NCBI GenBank assembly: GCA_000934665.2
Contig: KZ538103.1
Span: forward strand, 62,001-126,000
Source of the DNA: Catajapyx aquilonaris
Taxonomy: Eukaryota
Direction: 5' to 3'
Length of the DNA: 64,000 nucleotides
The notes below the pieces were generated by a model. It had not been told where the DNA came from. It searched no databases and saw only the letters and a list, made by a program, of their open reading frames with translations. Made by a program: the position numbers and the translations under genes. Below, in pieces: positions 35,204 through 49,800 of the stretch (its first letter is position 1; every line of letters starts with the position of its first letter).

Positions 35204-37144
35204 TCAATCCACATAATTGCGGGATAGTTACATTTTTGAATCATTCTTCATCACCCCAGTCATGCCGTTAAATATAAGACTGCACAGTACTTTACTCCAG
35301 GAAGTTTTGCATATATCCCGTAATTCGAGGCCTTTATTACTTCCATCCTAATGCGCTGAGTGGGCTGATTGTGCTTGAATGTTTGGAGAGATCATGTTTC
35401 AAGCACGAGGCTAATTATCTGGTGCTCGACACTCTTTTTGATGCGATATACTCCACTGTAAGCCCCGCTTCGAATCGCAATGATCCTACAGCTATAGGAG
35501 AGGGGAAAAAAAAGAGAGGCCTCCCCGTCAAAAAAGCTGTAACTAAACCAGCATTGAATCACCGCCCCGTAAATTCATTTGGAAGCTGCGATCATTAGGA
35601 GCGGCTGTTACCGGTTCCTGGCAAAATTTCAAAAAAAAGGAGGCTCAATTTTTTGGGAAGGGAGGTTTGGCCCACCCCACTCTGAACTTGTGAATCGAGT
35701 GGGCCTGACCTGAACATGAGGCCGGTTCCGGAATCTCATTTCCGACTACGGGGAAGCCTTTTTGCTATTTATGGGCTTTTACCCTCCCGGTGCGCACTCT
35801 TATTTCATTCAGGCCCAGTTCCACGAGCCGCATGAATTAACTCCTGCCTTTCTAATGAGCCTTCCTCATTCAATTCGCTTTTCAAACAAGTCACAAACCT
35901 GTAACAGTTGATAAGTTGTCGCTTACTCCTTTTTTTGCAGCTTTCTTCATTTCCCTTTCGATCAAATGGTTTCGCTTACAAATTAGCCTGGTAATTGAGA
36001 CTTGCCAGTTTATTGTCGCGTTCAATTATGTTTTACGAGCCAGAATTGGCACCTTTTTTGCTTATAAGGGTCAAATTTTCGCCCGAATTTGGGCAAACAT
36101 TTCCGGGTGACGGTATCCACACAATGCATACATATACTGTTTTTTTCTTTCCCTCCCAGTTCCTTTTCCTCGCTGCCCTTTTTTTCTCCTCATTCACCTC
36201 AAGTAATTCGAGCACAATAGAAGCCTCGTGTAGATTTTGGGAAGCTCAGGAGTTTGAGGGTAGTTTACGAAATAACTGGGAGGGGGTATATAGGGGGGGG
36301 GGGGGGGGCTTTCATTCCAGAGGTGCCGCGAATACAAAGGGGAAAAGGCTGTCTGAGCCATTGTGAGTGCCAGGCCTCCTCTCCCTCCCCCTCTTTTCTT
36401 GGCCCCCCCAAACCATCCAAAAAGCCTTGATGGCAGCCGGCATTCCAATGACTACCCCCCTGAATTAAACCTCTCTCTTCTCTTCTCCTGTACTCCTCCA
36501 TCGCACATCGGCCGCCTATTGTGCGCCTACCACTTTCGAATTTAACGCCGCCTGTAACCGGGTATTCCCCGCGCTCTTACCCATGTACCCATTGTCCCGC
36601 TTCTACTCTTATTACCCACGGTAATCCACAGCCGACGAGTTCCTATTTCTAACCCAACGGGGATGGGGCCAAGGATAATTAGGCCGGATAAGAGGAGGAG
36701 GGGTTCATCACAAGGAGATGGGCCCGGATTTACAGGGATTCCCGGGGAATACCCAAGGAATTCTGCAAGTTTAGCCAAAAATTGGCAGCAAATGGTACAT
36801 TTTCATCCAGCTGTTTCTTTTAGCGAGTTTTTCGCTAATTACAACCGGCGGCGCCTGACTATATTATTGCCTTTTATTTATGCCGGATGGTATTTACTTG
36901 TCTCTTGGACCGTGGCTGATTGGACGCGGATTGTGCCGCGGATTCACTTTGACGGGGATACAAATGCGCCCGCACACTAATCGCATTAAAAGGTAATCAC
37001 AGCCCCGACTGATTAGTCGTAATTATTAATTTTGCTCGTCCGGATTTTGTGTGTGTGAAACAGTGTTGCGGCGGAAAAACTGCGCAATATTTGTTCACAC
37101 AGTGGTTTTCACTCCCCTTGAAAAATCAAATAAATTCCGCTGTA

Positions 37145-37226
37145 CAGGTACTCCTCGTTTTACGCCTTTTCACTTTGATCCTCCTGTTGCTGGAACCAAT
37201 CCCCGGCGTAAAACGAGGAGTACCTG
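37145..37226. mobile_element. 82-bp pogo/Tigger-like MITE with perfect 22-bp TIRs and TA target duplication
   Basis: CAGGTACTCCTCGTTTTACGCC (37145-37166) is the exact reverse complement of 37205-37226. TA on both sides. The CAG...CCTCG start resembles pogo/Tigger ends. Confidence 0.88.
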
Positions 37227-40200
37227 TACACACTGTACACTGTAAGTACGTTTCGAATCACAGAGTTCCAATGGGTGAGACATGTTGGCGAAAACCGTTT
37301 TCGCAAGAGAAGCTATAGGCCCGCCGCTTTAATTATTTACCGATCCCGAGGAGGCTTCAGGGGATGAGCGAAAAGGATATTGAACGTCAGCCAAGATGGT
37401 GGTGGTGTGTGTGGCCTCAGAAACTTGCACCGTAGTTTCTAGTTGCAGAGTCAACCTAGGCTGCAGGATTAGAGGCTGGATGATGATGCTCTCAACAACT
37501 GTTGCTCTAGATTCGGGCCTGAGTTGCCTGAGCAACGGCCGAGGAAAACGTAACAAAATGATGAACGGTCTGCTGCGAAACGTCCAAGGGTAATCTTCTC
37601 TGGTCTGCCGAATCCCAAATCCAATCGGAGGCTATAAATTCGGGGAAGAGGGGGGGACCATAACTGCGTTTGCGGCCCTCAAAAGCTGCCTGGAGTTTTA
37701 GAAGCGGGCTTGAAAAAAGGGGCATTATCTGGAGGCCCCTACATCACTGTGGTTAAGAGGATTCTGACCCTCTTCTTTCTCTCTTTTTTTTCGGTGGGTG
37801 AAACAGGACCCCACCGTTCTTTTTGACAGGTCTGGACCCTCCCACCTTTTGCGGTCGCTGCTTTCTATCCCCACAGGACACTGATTGTCAGTTCAAGTGG
37901 AGGGGACATGGTCAACATTCCCTGGAATTATGTTCAAGGTCGGGCCAGTTGTCACTCTGATGGCTGGAGTGACATATCACGCGATTTGGTGCCAAGGTCG
38001 TGTCACTTGCTGCCTATGGTCAGCACCACTCTTGTTTTTGCGACTCGCTGCTCGTATAACTTCTAGTTAGGCCTTATTAGGTGGGGTGGGACATCCGGAA
38101 GAGACGCTGCCAGACGATTTGTGTGGCTGCAGGTCGGGGGTCAATCCATTGTGCACGCGTTATGACCCTTGAAAAGGACGGGTTACCGCCTTTGTGATTC
38201 GGTTATGGGCACAGATGGTCAAACACTGCCTCGTTGTGTGCAGTTATAGGGCTCGGGTAGCAACCAAAGTGACATACGACCATGGAATATTATCCGGAAC
38301 GAAATGGATAGGAAGAATAAACAACTTAATATTAGCAGCTTATATTTTTTTAGAATAGAGGGCTGAAAAGCGCGATCTTCCGCCATTTTGCAACATACCA
38401 TGACGGTTGGAAATAAAGGTGACAAAATTTGCACCCAGGTTGTTTTTGATCCCCATTCCGCCTCATATCCGAGGATGCAGCCAACACTTTCCAGGAACAC
38501 CCGTTTTTTTTTAAAGCTAAGAAACCGGATTTTCAGGTTGGAAAATCCTCCACCTCCCATCACATCCCCTCCCTGGGCATGCTTATCCAAACAAAATGTT
38601 TGAACTGATACGGCCTACACCTTATATTTATACAAAGGTGGTGTAATCACGAGGCTTCAACCTTCTCTTTTCCCTTCACCTTTCTGTAGTATCTGCACCC
38701 ATCAAGACCTGGCTTCCAAAATAAATCATAATTGCAGGGGAAGAGAAAGGCCCGCATTTCTCTAGAGCTCTCTCGACAACAGAACTCGTTCACTCCCACA
38801 TCAATCGTCGCCTTTTATCGCCCCGAGACTCCCAATTTACAGCTATTTATGCAACATCCGTTTGTAAAGGATTTCTGCCTGTTGATTAACGGCCCGTTAA
38901 TCCGCCAGTTTGTCTACGGCCCGATTTCACATTAAAATTGGCAGAATTAGCACCCAAGCTGTTATCTTTGGTTAATGTGCAGAGCAAGTGTTTGAAAAAA
39001 CTTCAGAGTCAACATTTTACGGGACGGTGGCACAATCCGGCCCTTTTATTAGACTTTAAGAATATTTAAACCGGACTTAACCTAGTTGTAACAATGGTTT
39101 CAGCCTTCGGTTTGACCTCGTTAGCGCCTGACCGACTATACAGAAATTTCAAGCCATCCACTATATACTGTTCCCTCTATATCCCATTAAAATTTGGGGG
39201 GAGGGCCCTTTTTATAAATCGATTCCATTCGCCCAATATTTCCGGGGCTCCAAATCCGGGATTAGTCTTCCCAAAGTGCAAAAATAATCCGCAAAAAATA
39301 CTCTGCGGCTAGGAATTATCGCGCCTACTTCACTGTCGACAGTTTGGAATATATAACATTTTTTTAAAAAATTGGCACACAAAGTGGGGCTATCGGTTTT
39401 TGCAAGTGTTACGAAGTGTTGCTGACTATTGGTTGGGACAAAAGTTCACAAATTGTTGATTCCATAAGAAGTGCAATAAATTATGGAACATTTCTATGAT
39501 TTATATTGCACTCCTCATCATGATTTACCTAAATCTATACATTTAATGTATAGTGAAGGTAAATCATGATGAATCCTGACTCGAATGATTTTTAGGCGTA
39601 AATCCCATGTGAAAATATAGCCTATAGCAAGCGTCCAAAATGATAGCGTTGGCGGTGCACGTATAATTCCCCCCATCCGGCACACATCGAGAACGGAAGC
39701 CAACTATCCACTTGTGTGCAATTACCCCTCCAATCCGGGTCCTAGATGAGGTCCACTTATTTCGGGGGGGTCCCAACCATAATAGTTCCATAGAGTACGG
39801 GGAGGGGGGGAGTACTAACAGCAGACGTGTACGTGCACAACAAGCAGTGGCATATTTCCAGAGCCAATAGACGGCCAATATGGACTATCAAGACAATCGA
39901 GTGAAGGGGGGGGGGGGNTACATCAAACTGGGGGAGGTCATAACCGTATGCAAAAAAGATGGATGCCGATAAAAACGAGCGTTTGATGAAAATCGTTGCT
40001 GCGTGACCGAACGGCCTATTAGGCTTTTCCTCCACTTACCGCATTTGCATTTATCATTGCAATGAGAGTGGGAGGGGAGGGTAAAGAGTTGGGGGGTGGA
40101 GTCCCATTTTTTTTGTGCCAAATTTATTCCCCCCTAGAGATCTTGCGTCTGGTTGTAAATCACAGGCCTTTTGCGGTAGTGCCGAGGTTTGTTACCCTCA

Positions 40201-40449
40201 AGCTTTGACCCGAACTCTCTTTTTTTTCGGTAGTTCAGGGGCGACCCTTAGGGGGTGGTCAGGTGAGGGGGCAGAGACAGATTGGTTGATTGCTGCAATG
40301 CAGGCCAGTCGATACACTGTCCTGGATTGCCATTCGATTCTAACCTGTAATATCCTCCAGAGGGGAAGGGGAACAAGGCATAGCATAATTCTTATTCCCA
40401 AGCTCTAAATATTCGCACAGAATTTGCACTGCACAGTGATGGAAATTAA

Positions 40450-40730
40450 CCCTGGAACCGTGCCATGCCTGAAAGTTACGACAACCGGCAAGTAAGGTTT
40501 TTTAGGACCCCAGGCCATATTTGAATTTTTATTAATTTTTATATAATGATTTTCAATGTATTGACTATATGTAATCATACTTTGAACAATGCCTAAAATG
40601 ACCGCTAATTCAAAATAAACATGCACTTCCTGTTATATACTTTTTAAAATGGCAAACAGTTCATTGTAATTGTAATTTTAATGCATTTTAATTCCTTTGG
40701 GGTCCAAAAAGACCCCACGGCACGGTTCCA
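40450..40730. mobile_element. Degraded piggyBac-like MITE
   Basis: TTAA (40446-49) followed by CCCTGGAACCGTGCCATG. Inverted copy CACGGCACGGTTCCA ends at 40730, preceded by the palindrome GGGGTC-CAAAAA-GACCCC. The right terminal GGG-TTAA is not intact. Confidence 0.6.
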
Positions 40731-40745
40731 TTGGGGAAGCACAAC

Positions 40746-40800
40746 TATCGCCGCCTGACGGAGCTCCATGTAGAGGAAAAAGCTCCGTCAGACGGCGATA
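40746..40800. repeat. 20-bp inverted repeat (19/20 match) with 15-nt spacer, probably a MITE remnant
   Basis: TATCGCCGCCTGACGGAGCT (40746-65) versus AGCTCCGTCAGACGGCGATA (40781-800). Confidence 0.85.
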
Positions 40801-43800
40801 CTTAACCATTAATTTTCACCACTGTACGTCAATGACGAATTCCTTGGACTGACTGGCTTTTTGGGGTTGAAGCCTACCTGAGTTTGCAACGATGCGACAT
40901 GCTGTAAGAATATAGTATGTGTGGGGAGGAAATGGGGGGGGGGGGCACAATAAAGAGAAGCGGCCATTTTGGGCAATAAGGTTTGCATGTGCCTGGAGTC
41001 ACGCATTTCTGCAAAACGGGCCTGATTACATCGTGGATTGACACAGCGTTGCATCATGGACAAGGGTTGAATGGCATGTGGACTCTGCCTCTCCCCCCCA
41101 CTCTTCGAGGCGGGTTTTTGAGGGCTGACCAATCAGAAATTGTTCCTAAGGCATATTATGAAGAGGTATAAGCCCGTCACCATGGGAACGGACAGTTGAC
41201 ACGCGTGACTCTGGAGGCGCAGGTGGTGAAGGGTAGATATAAGCAGGAGATATAAGCCTGCAGCGGATTGTCAGGAAATCCGGTTTGCAAACTGTTTCAT
41301 TTTTGCTGGAAAAGGTGCTCGAGTTGAATTTGCGGTGTTCATTTGGAAAGCAACCGGCGCTGAAACCTGTCGAAATCGATATGAGCGTATTTATGCAACC
41401 GTTTGTTGTCATTCCGGGGCTCAAATTGTGCGAAAACCTTCGCAAATACTCCTTGCGTTGCCGGCTAATTAGCAAATGGATTCGAGGTTCAATTTGGCTA
41501 ATTCAGTCTGTCATAATGGGCTCGCATTTTCCTGATTTTAAACAACGCGCAGTGCACATGCGCAGCAACCTGAACCTGCGCAGAACAGGTGCGCATAGGT
41601 TTTCACCTGCGCAGTGCAACACACATCATAGTGGTACTTGCGCAGGTGCTAAATATCACCGGAAAAGCTGCATTTAAAGCAAACAAATTTGGTCCATCCT
41701 GAGAACCGGTTTTACTACTTGGGTTTTATGTACCGTACCGTCCTCAGAAGCAGGAATTTCATCGGCTCCCCGGTTTCACACAAGGAAGAGAGGCATTGAT
41801 GGGATGGGATGAGGGGGCCAGTCCTCTCGCCCTCCTCCTAAAAAAAATAATGGGGGGAGGCTAGAGAGGGAATAAAAAAAGGAAGGACCAACGGCTTCCC
41901 TCACGTGTCATTTGCCGCGGTTGAAAACCGGATTCGTGTCATTAGCCCAAACCTCAGACTCCGTGAATCGTGGCCACCTGATTGGTTCCTAATGTCAGGC
42001 CGCAACAGACTCGTGGAGAACACACACAAAAAAAAACACCTTGGTACAAAAAAATACAGCCGAGGATAAGTACAGGCCTTGGTGTACTTCCGTCTAAATT
42101 TTTTATGCCACAAAATGTGGTTTAAGGACCAATGGCCTCCCCTCCCTTCCACCCCCCCTAAAAAGTGAAGGGAATGGTGATTACGACCGACTCTTTGGTG
42201 AAATGTCAGTGACACTGATTACACCATGTAGTTGCAGGCTGCTTCACTCGAATTGTAACACTAGCAATCATGCATGATATGCACGGTGTGGATTGTTTTC
42301 CCCAGCCATGTTGACCAACTATATCTTAGGTTCTAAAGTAAATGACCTAACGCTACATTGGAAGTAAGACGGCAGTCAGCTTCATGCTCCTGTACATTCA
42401 CGTCAGCCGGAGTACTTTGGAGCTCTAATCTTATTTAGGGAGTGGGCCGGCTGGGAAGGCAAGCTCTCTCTCTCTCTGCAGCCTCCCCCACCACAAGCGG
42501 AAGGCGGCAACTTCTGGCATTAGACTTTGTTTAGCGGTTGGGAAGGTGGAGAGAACCCAGTTTAAATCACAGTGCAAGCCCTTGTGGACAGCATTCTCAT
42601 CTTCATTTCGAGGCTGCCACTCTCTGCTGCCGCGCTGCCCCGGATTTTCCTCACTCTCTGCACAGCTCCCCTTTGCCTCTTTCTGTTTTCTAAAAAAGGG
42701 AGCGTAAGTGCAGCGCTTTACTTCCTCAGGTCCAGTGCTTGCCACCATTGCAAACTGTGTTTCGCCTCGTTTGTTATAATCCTAGCAACAAAGCGTCGTT
42801 TGCCTGGCGTTTTGGCCTGCTCTCAAACTGCAGGCTGCGGTCCGCTCGTTAGGGGGGCAAGGCAGCCCACCTTGTGCATCCCCAGCACACACTTTGCCCC
42901 ACTTCAGGTCAACACCATTCATTCCTACAGAACTCTGCAAACATTTAAGACGACTTGGACTAAACTTTCAAGTTTAACATGGCAACAGCAATCAGCCTGA
43001 AGCATCTGGTTGTTGCCAATCACTTCCTTCCAAGCCTTTAAATGTCATCCTTTCCATTTACGACACCAGTTGGTGTGTGAGCTAGACTTCCTGGCTTTTC
43101 CAATGTCTATTTGCACGGAGACACTGGACGCATTAGCGCCATTAAACTCCTTAAGTCACGTCAGGAAGAGGTAATTGAATGAGGCCTGGTGAGGTCCCTG
43201 CTGGTGATTATTCGGCCGTTTTCTTGCAGGTTTTATCACCACGCGTTATCGGGCCCAGCAATACCCGTAGGCTATGCCATCGTAAAAATGACTTCTCCTT
43301 CCCCCTCTCCCTCTCCCCTTCTCCAGTAATGAGCCTCCTATTCTATTACCTTTAATTAAAGCGCCATAAAAACCGGGGGGGTTGAACATTAAATATCGCG
43401 GTGCATGCCTGGAGGTGTGGTTTGGAAAAGAAGGAAAAATGGGAAGGGGGACAATAAGCCTCTACACGGAAACGGTTCACAATGGGTGCAGTTACAGCGT
43501 TGTTCGCGGGCAAATGCACCAAAAAAAGAGTATGGGGGGGGGGGGACCGTTTTTCCCTGGTCGCTGATTGGCCCGATTATTGGGACCGGCTTCGCAAAAA
43601 GGGGGAACTCCCGGAAATTATGCTCGAGTTTAACTGAGGCTCCAATGGCCGCCTGCTGACCCCCAGATCGCTCGTGGGGGGTTCTAATACTGTCCCATTA
43701 GTGGAAGGGGCGAGTGTCCAGTGTTCATTGGACACTTGGTGGGGTGGTTCCAATGGAAGGACTAATTGGCTGAATTCACGTTTGATTCTGCCAATTGCAG

Positions 43801-46800
43801 TCGCAGTGATTATATTTCTGAGGTGGTTCCAGAATATTACTGGCAAAATTTGCTGCGATGAATAGGCCACTTATTTCTGTTAAAAAATTGAGCCCATTTG
43901 GGTGCTGTCTGTTTCCGATTTTTTTATTTCATTTCGGGGTCCCCTACCCCCAGTGCTTCCCACAGTAGCCTAACCACCCATTTCTTCCGGGCGAGAGAAA
44001 GGGCGCCATTAGAGGCCGTGTCCAACATGACCCTTCATGCCTGTCGGAACAATTGCGACCAAGTCACCCTTCATTTTTTATCGATCCTTTCTATACCAAT
44101 TTTTCTCCCTCCCTTTCTCTCCATTTTTGGAAATTGCGAAAAAACAAAAGGGAGAATGGAACAAAACGCCCTCCGGTTTTTGCTGGCGGTCAGACTCCCC
44201 CGGAGCTAAAGTCTCAAGGCCCATTTGTCACTCTTAACTCTTAAGTGACACCGCACTTCCTCTTATTTCAGCATCTCCCCCAGCCATCTTTTGTTCCTCG
44301 GCTCCAGTCTCCATTTTTATCCAAATATGTTTATTTCCCCCTGGAGCCAACTTATTTATTCTTCATATTTTATACCCGGCCGTTTGTCATTCTCAGTAGG
44401 CATGTTTTCTGCCTGTACTTTGTGAATCACCCTGTACAAACCCCTGTGCCGTAATGTGCCGGGTCCGTTGATTGCAGCTGGGCGTCCATGGATGCGGCGG
44501 AATTGCCCTTGAAATTTGCGACCAGGGAGTAAAGAGTAAAAGCCAGGCCGAGTCTAACTCATTCAGCTCACCTCTGAGCAGCCGAGCATTCAGGCGCGAA
44601 TGTCAGATCCGCTCCTGCCCCTTCTAATTACACAAGACCCGTAATTAATGTTACAACTCGCCAAGCTCTCCCCCCCCCTACCCTACCCTCTCCACCTGCC
44701 TCATTCCGCCAAACGTTCCCCCCTGCATGCTGACGACACATAAGAGAGCTCCGGAGGACATTGCTTGCACCNCCCCCCCCCCTCCAAGGACTAATCCGGC
44801 CTTTGGTTACACTGCGCACAAAACCAGGACCACCACACACAAATAGGATTACTCTAGGCATGTGCACCCTTTTTTTGTGACACCCTGTGTCCTAAAAATG
44901 CAAAATGGCTGAGATCAAGGCTTTGTAACCAACACTAAAAAGCAGCGAAACAGACGCAGCCAATCTTGAAATTTCGGACTGTACGTAATGGGGAACTAGC
45001 CTTGGTCTGGGATTTGGGATATTTGTTCATAACTAGCTAGCCCATGCCTGTAAACATACATTCCATCACTCTGTTGCATCAAAATGACATTACTGGATAA
45101 ATTACAGCACATTTAAAAGTGCCTTCAAAATTGGCGGGAAAAACGCCTCTGCCAATCGAAAGGGTACACTGAAATGCCTGGTTGACTGCGAGATATGAGG
45201 AATTTGACTTTGAATTAACCGCGGACACGACGGAAAGCATTCGCAAGGCGGCTGTAGGCCATCGAGGTGGAGAAGGGGGGCCTTCATGTGCCGAATTCGG
45301 GTGACAGATGATTCCTGCCAGTTGGCACCACTGCCAGCCCCTTAGCTGATTGAGCGGCGTGAAGTAAAAACGCGCCCCGGCCGCTATCTTGCTCACGGAA
45401 TGGGACGGTTGCTAACCACAGCGAAGCATTTTACAACAATGACGGGGCGCGTTCTATAACACCATTTTTGCGTTCATTTCACTTCGCGTGACGTCAACAT
45501 TTTCTAGGGAAACAGTGACGTCACCATTTCCCTACATAAAAACCCCAATTACTCCGGAACGGGAACTGATATCTTAAAACGGAATATGCCAAAAAAATCC
45601 AAAAAATATGGGCGAATTTATTATGTAGTTTCCTAAATGAAGGCTACTTCCCCATTCTAACCCCAGCTGTCTTATGTGCTGCAAGTAATTCTAACCCTGC
45701 CAGGGTTACTCGGACACACTGGGATGAAACTGCTGTTGGTAATTCCAAGACTGGGTGCGCAATCTGGATGCGCACTAATCCAACTGCAGCGTGGGTTTTC
45801 TCGGGGTTCATCCAACTCTTCTGTGCTGGTGTGTACAATCCGTCTCATCCCGGCCGTGAAACTTGGAGCAGAGTAATAATCCCCTTGTGCCTTGTATCCT
45901 AATATAGGAAATGATAACGAGCGTAGTTTTCTGGGGCCGTTTTGAATGCGGAGCTGGCTTAATTAGCGAGTGGCGGGGGCGAACTCTTAATGAGGCTACC
46001 TGCGAAGCCTTTCCCCGAGTCCTCCTCCTCCGGGTTGCCTTTCTTCGACGTCCTGCTGATCTTCACTAATGAAGTCTTTGCCGGCAACAATGCGCAACAG
46101 GTCCCTCCTATGCGATATTGATACGGGGGGTATATGCACACAAAAAAGGGGCCCGTTGCAGCCCGAATGCAAAATTTCGCGAGAGAGGTAATTTTTGCAA
46201 AGCTGAACGAGTGTCGTTTTTGCATCATTTATTGGCCAAGGGGATTTTCGACTTGTAGACAATGCGAGCGGACGCTTAGAGTTTTATTTTTGAGTTGTAA
46301 TGCCATTAGGAATGGAGCATAAGTCGGAACAGTTAGTTTCAATCGGTTCTTCCAACAGAGAGCCATCAACTTATTATTCCTAGTGCACAACACTGATTCC
46401 GGCGCCATCTTTTCCTGTGACTGACGTCACCGGCATTATTCCTCCCACTCTCCCTCCCATCTAGAGCAAATGGAATGAACTTTGAGTTTCCCCAATTCCG
46501 ACTGTAATGCCGCACTTATCTGGGAGGCTGTTTAAACCCCATTTCTCACTCAACCTTTGCAAGTCGTCGCAGCGCCTGGGCCAGCCTTACCCCCAAAACC
46601 GCTCCCAGAGAGATGTTCCTTTTGCTAATGGAGGAGGCTGAAGGAGAGGGGGTATGGGATGGGATGGGAGAGAGGAGGGAAAGATTCCTCCATTTCCAAC
46701 TTTACCTTATCTCTTACCACTCCGATAATTATTGTCCGGGAGCTCAAACGCCGGAATACCCCCGCTCGATTAGGTCTTAAGGGAAGAAGAGAGAGGGGGT

Positions 46801-49800
46801 GGAAAAACTAGCAGAGAGGGGTGATAGACGAATAGGTAACTAACTTCTCTTTGGCTGGAACATCCAACCAGATTTATAGAGTTAGAAAGAGGAGAGTGGG
46901 GTGAGAGGGAGGGAGGGAGGGAGGGAGTCCTAATGCTGTTACAAGTGGCGGAGAACAAGTGACTCGGAAGTAACGACTTAGTAATTCGTACACCGGGCGC
47001 CTGGAATGGAAACTATTTGCGAGGTGTAGGATGCGACTGCGGAACTTATGGCAACACTGCTTCCTTGCATAATATGCAGTGAAACTTGCCCGAAACATTT
47101 TTTGGGGTCTACATGCGCCAAATAAAAGTTTCGGACAAATGTAAACAACTATCAGCAAGGTGAAGGGTTGGTCTGTGGTTTGCGGAATGAGTCAATTATG
47201 GAGAATTGCAACAATGCGAGAAACTCGGTGCCTGTATCGATACGGGGTTCCCTTGTAGTTGTCGTGCAGTTGTCACTGCGACCACAGTGATTAATGACCA
47301 GTCTGCCCGGACATCTCTGTTCATGGAGCCTAGAGTTTTTGATAAGGGAAAATCATATGAGGAGAAAGTAAGGTTCGTGCCGGGAGCTAATGAAGTGTCA
47401 CACGAGTCCTCAGAGCTACACATTCGTCGTCGTCTGTCGTCTGGCGTGCAGGGTTGCCAACCCCCCTCCCCTTCTTCCCCCTCCCCCCACCCCTTACCCT
47501 CGGTAGGCCTAACATAAAAGACATCTCAGACTCCTATCGCGGCCATCTCGGGCCCTATTTTTCATGGAGACCATATCTCACCGTCCTATACCCGGAAACC
47601 TCGCCTTTTGTTACCATTCGGTTCCCCCTCCTCTTATACCCCCAATGGCGGCGACTCTGAGGCTAAAAGCGCACCCCTGGAGATTCATCTGGTCACACCG
47701 AATTTTCACTGCAACTTTTGCTCGAATTTTATACGCACCAATGGACGGCCATTGGAAGGTGTTTAGTTACTGGCCCATTCTCCCTTGGGAACTAATGTCT
47801 TTGTACGAAGGCGAACTAGGGCGCACCCCAGATTGCGCAGCTAGTCTTGGAAACACTGGCAGTGTGAGCAGATGATGATGTTGCATGATTGTACTACACA
47901 TGATGCATTTTTGTTCATTTTACTGATCGCAACATTTTTTTGGTCTGTTTCCAGGTTCAGTGTGTGAGTCAAGCCGAGTTGGACCGCGCATCTCTCGTGT
48001 GGTGACGAGCATGGTGGGCGTCCATCTGGCAACCATGGACCGTTAGCACCGGATGCATTTGTAAGTCTTTCCTGGTCGAAAAAAGAATGTATATCGGCGA
48101 CTGCTAGTTCTCAAGACGGCGAAGGAAGTGATGGCTGGGAAAAAAAACTCTTCTCTTTTTTTTTGGCGACCTAATTTTTCTCCAACTTCTTTTTTTTTGG
48201 GTTCACCTACGGTGGCAAAAATTTTTGCGAGTGCGAATATAAATCGTGTGCAGCGTAGCGTCGTAGCTCCTTGGACGTTGAGCTATCGGAAGGAGAGGAA
48301 TAAAAGAGCGGGAGGGAAAAGAAAGAAGAAGGGGCGCAGTTCGCTTTCAAGTCTCCGCGAAAGAGTCACTCGAGTGTATCATTAAAAGTGGAGGAAATCA
48401 GAGACTGTGGCTTTGGCTTGACTTCTGTGCCACTCGTAGAAGCATTTCTTCGATATCGCTTTTTTTGTTGGAAAAAAATTACTATTTCCAACCCTCATCC
48501 AAACGATTTTCTTTCGATTCCTGTTTTCCTCCCACTGTTTTGTGTGTGTGTGTTGATTCGGGGAAAATAACTTTTTGCATTTTTACTTCAAGTGTGATTA
48601 AGCCATTCCATTGGGTACTGAAAGATATTCGGGAAGTGACATTGTTAACCTGTTCCGTAAGAGCCAACTAAGTTATAAATGAATAGGACAGAAATACTCT
48701 GTATTAACACACGAAGTTTCCCATAAAATGTCACGACGGTCATAATTATTGGAAAATTAAGTGAGCTTGCCTAAATTGTCAATGAGGCTTTGGTCCGTCA
48801 GTTGAATTCACATTTCTGTTTTATTCATTTATGTTACGACCCGATTGTCGCCCAATTTGGTGTTTGGAAGTGCCACTTTTGTAATTTTGTAATGTTTTTT
48901 TTTGTCCCGTTTTCCACAACATGGTTTTATTTATTGCGTTGACCGAAATCAGCCCAGCAGTTCCTTCCTTTTCCCGCCACTTCCCTGTAGCTTCCAACGG
49001 TCATTTATTACACAGGGTTAGAAATGTAGATAAAAGTCGTCGACTCCTGTCTTTGTTTCGAGGACCTGCATTTGTTTTATATGTTTTGTTATTTTCGCCA
49101 AGTGTCACGAAAGGAAAACAAAAAAAAATTTCCTCCAACTCGACTGAGACCCATGTCACTTTACCTTGTGATAATTGTAATTACAGCATGCCTGAAAAAC
49201 GAATGTGTGATATATCTATATATATAAAAAAGAGATTGGCGGGTTGGCTGCAGGTTTAATCACGTTTATTTGTGAAATGGGCTGGTAAAGTTGGCATCCA
49301 CCCAGTGACTCTGTCCAAGTTTGTTCGTGAAAATTTTCATTTTTTCCCCCCCTCCAATAAAGCGAAAGCCATCCCCCCCACGTGCATTTTGTTTCGCGAG
49401 CTTTTCCAATATGGAATCCACGTGGCTTCACATACGGATTTCCAATATACGGAGAGGGGGGTCAAGCTTTTGATCTGACGCATGCGGGAGCCGCCATATA
49501 TGTGGGGGAGCATGACTTTATGTTGCAGTGAAACATATTACACAACGAACAGTCGGCTAAGAATATTTCTTCTTCCTAAACCATTCCGCGCGATCTCCGA
49601 GATGGAATATGGCGAGCTCGCAAAAATTCCCTCGTGCAAAAAAAAAGCACGAGGTTCATTCACTCAGGGACCTTCCTCCCGACACTTGAATTGAAAATGT
49701 CCCCGAGTGTGACTTGCTTTAAAATGCTTTTCTGGAGAGAGGGTTGGGAGAGGAGGGGGGGGGGGNGGGGGGCAGCAGACTGTAGACAAAAAATATATAT

